A DNA stretch of 46,932 bases. It comes from Patescibacteria group bacterium. Lineage in GTDB: Bacteria > Patescibacteriota > Minisyncoccia > Phycocordibacterales > JAGLPS01. Positions 24,693-30,790 of the stretch are shown here, piece after piece. The position numbers and the translations under genes are program-made. The notes beneath the pieces are model-generated. The model searched no databases and was not told the origin of the DNA. It saw only the letters and a program-made list of their open reading frames with translations. The stretch is taken from the NCBI GenBank assembly GCA_038057845.1, contig JBBUCK010000031.1, positions 12,669-59,600 of the forward strand, read 5' to 3'. The first letter of the stretch is position 1. Each line of letters begins with the position of its first letter.

Positions 24693-24880
24693 GGGAATCG
24701 GTCACGGGTAATTTTCTGCTGAAAATTCTCGTATTTTTCTTGACACAGGAAATCGGCTATCCGTATTTTCTTGCTAGAAAATCGGACAGCCCGACCTCGC
24801 GCCTTCGGCGCGCGCCAGTTTTTTACTTACACCTGCCGAAGTTCTATTTTGTGACCCCACGGGGAATCGGTCACGCATAA
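24693..24880. repeat. decayed copies of the tRNA-Glu 3' end, each followed by an AT-rich hairpin
   Basis: TGACCCCACGGGGAATCG at 24852-24869 is identical to 25006-25023 inside tRNA-Glu. GGGAATCGGTCACG occurs at 24693-24706 and 24862-24875. GGAAATCGGCTATCCG lies near 24748. Hairpins include GTAATTTTC..GAAAATTCTCG, ATTTTCT..AGAAAAT and GCATAAAATTC..GAATTTTTACGC. Confidence 0.75.
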
Positions 24881-24963
24881 AATTCTGTTGAATTTTTACG
24901 CGACCCCGACTCGTCCGCCTAAAGCGGACTCCGTCCTTCGATTATCTCTCCTAGAGATTCATA

Positions 24964-25004
24964 TGCCAATACAAAACCCGCCACAAGGGCGGGATTGTAT
25001 CGGC
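24964..25004 (-). terminator. rho-independent terminator downstream of tRNA-Glu
   Basis: CCCGCC / GGCGGG stem within the longer inverted repeat GCCAATACAA..TTGTATCGGC. On the minus strand it is followed by TTTTGTATT. Confidence 0.7.
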
Positions 25005-25005
25005 A

Positions 25006-25077
25006 TGACCCCACGGGGAATCGAACCCCGATTACCGGCTTGAAAAGCCGATGTCCTAACCGTTAGACGATGGGGCC
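25006..25077 (-). tRNA. tRNA-Glu (anticodon UUC)
   Basis: Reverse complement GGCCCCATCGTCTAACGGTTAGGAC..TCGGC-TTTTCAA-GCCGG..CGGGG-TTCGATT-CCCCG-TGGGGTC-A. Confidence 0.92.
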
Positions 25078-25147
25078 GTCTAAGAAACGAATAAGATAAT
25101 ACCATTTTTTGAAAAAATGGCAAAAAATGTTATCGTTTCCTGATATT

Positions 25148-25237
25148 GGAGGGGTGGCTGAGTGGTTGAAGGCACCGGTTTCGAAAACCGGCATCCGGGA
25201 AACTGGATCGAGAGTTCAAATCTCTCCTCCTCCGCCA
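25148..25237 (+). tRNA. tRNA-Ser (anticodon CGA) with encoded CCA
   Basis: GGAGGGGTGGCTGAGTGGTTGAAGGC..CCGGT-TTCGAAA-ACCGG, long variable arm CATCCGGGAAACTGGATCG, GAGAG-TTCAAAT-CTCTC, then CTCCTCC-G-CCA. Confidence 0.92.
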
Positions 25238-25270
25238 GATGTCCAAGTTCGAACCGTGATTATAGGTTAC

Positions 25271-25299
25271 TTGACAATTACTTGACAATTGAATATAGA
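25271..25299 (+). promoter_or_regulatory. sigma-70-like promoter with a duplicated TTACTTGACAA box
   Basis: TTGACA (25271-25276), 17-nt spacer, TATAGA (25294-25299). The -35 box is duplicated 10 nt downstream. Confidence 0.45.
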
Positions 25300-25321
25300 T
25301 TGGTTTACAATGTAGTTGTTT

Positions 25322-26374
25322 ATGACAAATAAGGAAAAGATACTACAACTAATTATCCAGAACGGAAGGGTCACGTCTGGGGAGATAACCAAGAAGATTG
25401 GGGTTTCTCGTCAATATGTAAACCTGGTAATTTCTGATCTAATTGCGGAAAAACAAGTTATCAAACTTGGTGGAACCCGTAATGCCTTTTATGTTTCAAA
25501 AGAGTATATCTCAAAAAATCCAGAAGTTATACCAAGCGTACTTAAAAAGAAATACAAAAATGAATTACTAGAGGAGCATAAGATTCTTTTAGAAATTGAA
25601 GAAAAATTTCCTCGCATTGCACAACTTCCAGAAAATATAAAAAGTATTTTTACTTTTGCGTTCTCTGAAATATTCAACAATGCCATTGAGCACTCTCAAT
25701 CAAAAAGTATCTCAGTTGAAGTATCGGTTCGCGAAAAAGACCTTTCCTTTATTGTGAATGATTCAGGGGTGGGAGCATTTCGCAATATTATGAAGAAGAA
25801 AAATTTAAAATCAGAAATTGAAGCTATTCAAGACCTCTTAAAAGGAAAGACCACCACAATGCCAAAATCTCATTCAGGAGAAGGGATATTCTTCACTTCA
25901 AAAGCAGGAGATGTTTTTATTTTGGATAGTTTTGGGTATCGTTTATCCATCAATACAATCAAGCCAAATGTAGCAATTCATCATTTACCAACAAGAAAAC
26001 GAGGAACGAGAGTAGTTTTCAGAATCAATACTGACTCAGCCCGACATTTAAATGATGTTTTTAAAAAATATACTAATTTAGCTGGGGAAGGAGATTATGG
26101 TTTTGATAAAACCGATATACGAATCAAGTTGTTCACTGCTGGTGGTGTACATATTTCTCGTTCGCAAGCACGTAGAGTTCTAGCCGGGCTTGAAAAATTC
26201 AAGATTGTTTTGTTTGATTATGAAAAAGTACCAATAGTTGGTCAAGCTTTTGCCGACGAAATTTATAGAGTTTTCCAGGAACTTCATCCAGATATTCAAC
26301 TTGAAAATGAAAACATGAGTGAGGGGGTAAGATTTATGATTGAGCGAGCTAAGAATGAAGCAAAAAGAAAATAA
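25322..26374 (+). CDS. winged-helix plus GHKL/HATPase-like plus STAS-like (DUF4325-type) protein
   Basis: N-terminal wHTH (GRVTSGEITKKIGVSRQYVNLVISDL). N-box-like FSEIFNNAIEHS and DSGVGAF, HSGEGIFF G-boxes. C-terminal ISRSQARRVL..FKIVLFDYEKVPIVGQAFADEI is typical of DUF4325. The track start at 25316 is TTG; an ATG at 25322 is preferred. Confidence 0.75.
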   Translation: MTNKEKILQLIIQNGRVTSGEITKKIGVSRQYVNLVISDLIAEKQVIKLGGTRNAFYVSKEYISKNPEVIPSVLKKKYKNELLEEHKILLEIEEKFPRIAQLPENIKSIFTFAFSEIFNNAIEHSQSKSISVEVSVREKDLSFIVNDSGVGAFRNIMKKKNLKSEIEAIQDLLKGKTTTMPKSHSGEGIFFTSKAGDVFILDSFGYRLSINTIKPNVAIHHLPTRKRGTRVVFRINTDSARHLNDVFKKYTNLAGEGDYGFDKTDIRIKLFTAGGVHISRSQARRVLAGLEKFKIVLFDYEKVPIVGQAFADEIYRVFQELHPDIQLENENMSEGVRFMIERAKNEAKRK

Positions 26375-26376
26375 TT

Positions 26377-26493
26377 ATGGCGAACAAAAATCTTACAAAC
26401 GCAAAACGAGTAAAGAATGATGAGTTTTATACCCAGTACAGTGACATTCAAAAAGAGATTGAAGCATTACGAGGGCTTGACTTTTTTCTATAA
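26377..26493 (+). pseudogene. 38-codon N-terminal stub of an adenine DNA methyltransferase (EcoRI-methylase-like N-terminus)
   Basis: MANKNLTNAKRVKNDEFYTQYSDIQKEIEALRGLDFFL-stop. The NDEFYTQ..DI.KEI signature normally opens proteins of several hundred aa. It starts 2 nt after the previous stop. Confidence 0.5.
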
Positions 26494-26705
26494 TATGATA
26501 TCATCAAATCCAGAATAGTGACCATTAGTAATGAGCAAAAAGCCATTTCTAAGGTCAAATATTTCCCACTTTTTCCTCTCTTATGCCCCTCCCCACACGG
26601 CCCTAAGCCAAGAGCCATATAATGAAAATTATGTGGCTCTTTCCTTTTAATTAAAAGTAAACCCCCTAAGTGAAATTTCCACTTAGGGGGTTGTTTTCTG
26701 GTTTT

Positions 26706-27368
26706 TTATTTAAGAAAACCTTGTTGACGAAGATTGTTGTCAGCACGAGTTTTCTTTTCAAACTTTTTCACATTCCTCATGTCTTTTGACTGCGGGCGTT
26801 GGGGTATTGGTTCGAGGAATCTTACCCCGATCATCTGATACTGTCCGTTGTTTGCATAAGAGATAAGCAACTCCTCTTTTGTGTTCCAACAATTATTCGA
26901 TACTGTTGGTTGTTTGCCTTCACGCACGGGGACGTAGACAATTTGTTGCCCCTTGGCGTTTTTTTCAACACTCCTCCAGTTGGGAATAACATTGTTTCCT
27001 TTACTCATGTTAAAAAAACGAAGGTTGTGTTCTTTCCCCTTGGAAAAAACTGTTTCGCCAATAAGTCTCACAAAGATAATTGCAAGCTTATCGGTTTCAA
27101 AAAATACCTCCTGACATTCACATCGCCACATTTCATTTGGAGATGTGGGTTTTAAGGGTGAATTCGGATGCGGTCTCAATACCAAGGTCTTACCATAAGA
27201 CGACTCTTTCTTTGCTTCCCACTGCATAATTCCTTTTTCGTACTCTTTGGTTTCAAATTGCAGAGAAAAGAATTTTCTCTGTCCACCATTTTCTCTCTCC
27301 ACCGCCTTTTGCTGTGAAGGTGCAGAAACTGCTTGTTTCTCCAAGAGACCCGTGCCCTGTGCGCTCAT
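26706..27368 (-). CDS. hypothetical protein (about 220 aa)
   Basis: Clean ORF. The ATG at 27368 is preceded by GGAAAGGGGTGGGT (SD-like); the track start at 27374 is GTG. No family recognised. Confidence 0.6.
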   Translation of the reverse strand: MSAQGTGLLEKQAVSAPSQQKAVERENGGQRKFFSLQFETKEYEKGIMQWEAKKESSYGKTLVLRPHPNSPLKPTSPNEMWRCECQEVFFETDKLAIIFVRLIGETVFSKGKEHNLRFFNMSKGNNVIPNWRSVEKNAKGQQIVYVPVREGKQPTVSNNCWNTKEELLISYANNGQYQMIGVRFLEPIPQRPQSKDMRNVKKFEKKTRADNNLRQQGFLK

Positions 27369-27536
27369 ACCCACCCCTTTCCCTTTGTAGTGATAATTGT
27401 GTGAGGAACGTTCTTCTGGAGCGATAGACTATCACTTTTTTCTATTTTGTCAATACCTTATCATAGGTGAATTGGACAGAGTCGAATTTCTGATGTTTAA
27501 CTAAGGACTTCATTTACTTTTAAGGCTTTTCCGATA

Positions 27537-29054
27537 ATGTGGGATTGTCTTTGGGACACACTGCTTTTACGTTTTTACATTATGAACAACCATCACCGCC
27601 TACTTGCGTTTCTAGTTCTCATACTTAATACCGTCTATCTGATTTGGTTATCTTTTCATGTAACGGGATTGATGGGAGTGATTTTTCTTTTTGCCGAACT
27701 TCTAATCGGGTCTTTGGCTCTCCTGTTTATTTTCAATCACTCTGAACAAGACCATGTCGTTCTCACGCAGACTCCTGCCCGTGGGTCGCTTGATATTTTT
27801 ATTCCAATTGTTGATGAGCCGCTCTCTTTATTTAAAGGAACTCTAGAAGCGGCGCTTGAAATTGATTATCAAAATAAGCGGGTCTATATTCTGGATGATG
27901 GGGCTAGAGAAGAAATCTCTAAATTGGCAAAAGGAGTTGGAGCTGTCTATCTTTCTCGAGGGCACCGCTTGCACAGTAAAGCGGGGAATCTCAATTTCGC
28001 TCTTAGCCAATCGCAAGGGGAGTACGTGCTCGTGCTAGACGCCGACCAAGTTCCCGACTCTCGTATCGCTTCTCATCTTCTTGGGCATTTCAGCGAAGAC
28101 CCGCGACTTGCGGTTATTGTAACAAGGCAAAGTTTCAATGTGCCAGAAGGGGACTTTAACCACGACCCTCTCTTTTACGAGCACATGCAGACGGGGAAGA
28201 ACGATAACAATGCCGCAGTTTCTTGCGGTTCAGGCGTATTTTACCGCCGAACGGCTCTCAATGAGGTTGGCGGATTTCAAACGTGGAATGTCGTGGAAGA
28301 CGTTTATACCACTTATGTATTGCATTCCAAAGGTTTTAGGAGTCTTTATGTTAATCAACCCTACTCTAGAGGTACCGCTCCGCAGGACCTTCCAACGATA
28401 TTTAAGCAACGCGGAACGTGGGCGCTTGATACGCTTCGTCTCTTTTTTCATCGCCTACTTATTTTTGGAAATAAACTTACCTTTCGCCAGTGGATTCACT
28501 ATTTTGAATTCGGATGGTGTTATATTACCTCTGCCATTGCTATTCCTATTCTTTCCATCTTTCCCGGTCTCGCTTTGATTACCGGAGATTATTTCATCAC
28601 CGAACCGGAGTCCTACGTGGTTTTGCGTTTGATATCGCTTCTTCCAACACTCTATTTTTATTATCTCCTCGGTGGTAGAAATTCCTCAAGCAGTCAGTTT
28701 TGGGCGGCTCTTTTCCCAGTCTATCTTAAAGCTTTGATTCTTTCTCTTTTTACCGGCAAACCTACGTATAAAGTGACAAAGAAATTTAATGACCCCAAGA
28801 GGAGTGATATTATTTTTATATTTCCGCATCTTTCACTCATCGTATTTAATGTCGGAGCGATTATTTTCCGAATAACTGTTTCGGATTTTGTATTCACGCC
28901 GTTTATTCTCATCAATTTGATTTGGGTAGCAACGCTTTTTTTCTGGTTTGCTCCGATTTTACGTAAAGGATTGTTCCTTGAAAGAGTTCCGGTTTCGCCC
29001 TTGACAGAGGAGAGTTTATATTTAGAATCGAAGTCGTCGGTCCTTAAGAACTAA
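27537..29054 (+). CDS. processive family-2 glycosyltransferase (cellulose/chitin/hyaluronan-synthase-like)
   Basis: D,D,D,QxxRW architecture: YILDDG, VLDADQVP, VVEDVYT, FKQRGTWALD. Two N-terminal and about five C-terminal TM helices. An alternative start is M16 at 27582. Confidence 0.85.
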   Translation: MWDCLWDTLLLRFYIMNNHHRLLAFLVLILNTVYLIWLSFHVTGLMGVIFLFAELLIGSLALLFIFNHSEQDHVVLTQTPARGSLDIFIPIVDEPLSLFKGTLEAALEIDYQNKRVYILDDGAREEISKLAKGVGAVYLSRGHRLHSKAGNLNFALSQSQGEYVLVLDADQVPDSRIASHLLGHFSEDPRLAVIVTRQSFNVPEGDFNHDPLFYEHMQTGKNDNNAAVSCGSGVFYRRTALNEVGGFQTWNVVEDVYTTYVLHSKGFRSLYVNQPYSRGTAPQDLPTIFKQRGTWALDTLRLFFHRLLIFGNKLTFRQWIHYFEFGWCYITSAIAIPILSIFPGLALITGDYFITEPESYVVLRLISLLPTLYFYYLLGGRNSSSSQFWAALFPVYLKALILSLFTGKPTYKVTKKFNDPKRSDIIFIFPHLSLIVFNVGAIIFRITVSDFVFTPFILINLIWVATLFFWFAPILRKGLFLERVPVSPLTEESLYLESKSSVLKN

Positions 29055-29065
29055 AAAACCTCGAA

Positions 29066-29134
29066 AGGGGCACTCAATCTCTGGCCTGTAAAGGCCAGTT
29101 TCCTCGGTTGAGAGCCCCTTTTGGGGTTTTTGTT
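29066..29134 (+). terminator. compound rho-independent terminator after the GT2 gene
   Basis: AGGGGCACTCAA..TTGAGAGCCCCT outer stem enclosing a CTGGCC..GGCCAG hairpin, followed by a T-rich run. Confidence 0.7.
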
Positions 29135-29208
29135 TTACTACGAAGAAGACGGAACCATTGACACTTTATTACAACTGTTTTCCGTGTCAAAAAAATGTTG
29201 AAAAATCA

Positions 29209-29366
29209 TTGACGCTTCCACTTTCACTGCTATCATATAGTCATCATATAACAGTCTTGCAGAGGAAACCAAGACGGATGAGAGTGATGAACAAGGTTTC
29301 TTTTTTAATTTTCTGCGAGCATAAAAGAGCCACCAACGGCCGTTAGGTCTTTTAGGTGGCTTTTTT
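29209..29366 (+). ncRNA. orphan promoter-to-terminator unit (candidate sRNA or attenuator of about 125 nt)
   Basis: TTGACG (29209-29214), 16-nt spacer, TGcTATCAT extended -10 (29228-29236). Hairpin GTCTTG..CAAGAC (29254-29275). GAAACC..GGTTTC plus T6 (29265-29306). Second terminator AGCCACC..GGTGGCT plus T6 (29328-29366). The only ORF here (62 aa) looks non-coding. Confidence 0.3.
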
Positions 29367-29508
29367 GTTTTTCAGGAGAATGTAGAGTCCATATTTTGTT
29401 TCGGGAGCGTTCACCGTACTTTTACAGAAAGGATTCCGAGAAGGAATGATGATGTGAATGTTCTTGAATCAACATGTGGATTTTATTTTATCCATAAAGG
29501 TCGAGAGC

Positions 29509-29551
29509 GTCTGCTTCTTCCGTGTTCCCTTAAGGGACGGAGGAAGCGGAC
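29509..29551 (+). promoter_or_regulatory. strong GC-rich 5'-UTR hairpin 29 nt before the 29580 start
   Basis: GTCTGCTTCTTCCGTGTTCCC-TTAA-GGGACGGAGGAAGCGGAC, with G-U pairs and a 2-nt bulge. No T-run follows on either strand. Confidence 0.5.
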
Positions 29552-29579
29552 GAATTACAAAAATTAACCAAAAAACAAA

Positions 29580-30227
29580 ATGAAAAAATTTATAGCAGGT
29601 GTGACAGTATTCGCTCTTATTGCCGTTGCTTCACCCGCTTTTGCACACGAGGACTGGTGGAATAACAGCGACATCAATGTCAATGTTAACAATGGTGCCT
29701 ACGTCAACAATGACGTTGATACCACGGCTTCAACAGGCGGCAATAATGCCAATGGCGGAAGTGCTGGAAACAACACTACCGGCGGAAATGTCAGCAACTC
29801 TGACCACGGCAACTCTGCTGGAAACACTTCAAACGCTAACGGAGGAAACGGCGGTGGAATTTCAACCGGCGATGCTGTTGCTACTTCACTTGTAGGCAAT
29901 GGTGTCAACTTTAACGATGTAGATGTTGAGGTTGGCTGTGGTTGTGAGAACGACGTTGATGATATCAATGTCAATCTCAACAATGGCGCCAATGTGGAGA
30001 ACTACGTTGACACAAAGGCCAAAACTGGCAAAAACAACGCCAATGGCGGAAGTGCTGGAAACAACACTACCGGCGGAAATGTCAGCAACTCTAACGACCA
30101 CAACACTGCTGGAAACACTTCAAACGCTAACGCTGGAAGTGGCGGTGGTATCAGGACTGGTGGAGCAGATTCCTATAGCGAAGTGGTAAACGTTGTTAAC
30201 TCAAACATCGTTCGCATTCGACGCTAA
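29580..30227 (+). CDS. secreted N/G-rich repeat protein (215 aa, two 97-aa tandem units)
   Basis: Signal peptide ..ASPAFA/HEDWW. The unit DINVN.NNGA.V.N.VDT.A.TG.NNANGGSAGNNTTGGNVSNS...AGNTSNAN.G.GGGI.TG occurs twice. Confidence 0.85.
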   Translation: MKKFIAGVTVFALIAVASPAFAHEDWWNNSDINVNVNNGAYVNNDVDTTASTGGNNANGGSAGNNTTGGNVSNSDHGNSAGNTSNANGGNGGGISTGDAVATSLVGNGVNFNDVDVEVGCGCENDVDDINVNLNNGANVENYVDTKAKTGKNNANGGSAGNNTTGGNVSNSNDHNTAGNTSNANAGSGGGIRTGGADSYSEVVNVVNSNIVRIRR

Positions 30228-30343
30228 ACCATGAAAGGAGGAATATTCTGCCTTCCGCCAACTGGCGGAAGGGACTTTCCTCCCTTCTGGCAAGGTTTTA
30301 ACCTAGGTTGAAACCTTGCCACGAAGGGTTCTTTCATAATTAT

Positions 30344-30790
30344 ATGAAACGTGTATCAATCATCTTTCTTACTCTTTTTTCTCTCGCTTTGCCCGTGACG
30401 GCATACGTTGAGGTTGAAAACAATGTTAGGGCGACTGTTAATACGGGAGGCAATTCGGCAAGCGCGGGAAATCAAAGTTCAGGCGGAACAGTCGTTACTT
30501 CTGAAGCGACAGCAACAGTCAAAGTAAAAACCACTGTCGGAGGCGTTGTTGTCGAAGATATTAATGAAACGTATAAAAGTAGCGCGCCGCTTGAGGTTAA
30601 AAAAACGAGTTTGTATGCGACAACAAGCGCGGAAGTTAAAACTCGCGTTTCCGTAAAAGCGCAAGCCACAAGTTCAAACGCGACATCTTCTCAAGAACAA
30701 GTGAAAAAAGCAGTTCAGGAAAGGAAATACCACTTTCTTTCACGAATCAAACAATTATTTAAAAATGTTTTTTCCCGATTTACATTTTAA
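30344..30790 (+). CDS. small secreted protein with one N/G/T repeat unit
   Basis: The ATG at 30344 gives MKRVSIIFLTLFSLALPVTAYVEVENNVRATVNTGGNSASAGNQSSGGTVVTSEATATVKV. The track start at 30308 is TTG. Confidence 0.7.
   Translation: MKRVSIIFLTLFSLALPVTAYVEVENNVRATVNTGGNSASAGNQSSGGTVVTSEATATVKVKTTVGGVVVEDINETYKSSAPLEVKKTSLYATTSAEVKTRVSVKAQATSSNATSSQEQVKKAVQERKYHFLSRIKQLFKNVFSRFTF

Noticed and set aside
29158-29346. 62-aa ORF between the GT2 gene and the repeat-protein cluster
   Set aside because: The track start codon at 29158 is TTG, and the frame runs through the promoter boxes (29209-29236) and the terminator hairpins. The Cys/His/Arg-rich sequence has no recognisable features. The region is better explained as a non-coding transcript.
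29620-30189. Alternative-frame and antisense ORFs inside the 215-aa repeat gene (29620-29895, 29699-29992, 29886-30101, 29923-30189)
   Set aside because: Low-complexity repeats keep several frames open. Only the 29580 frame has a signal peptide, a clean terminator and paralogues downstream.
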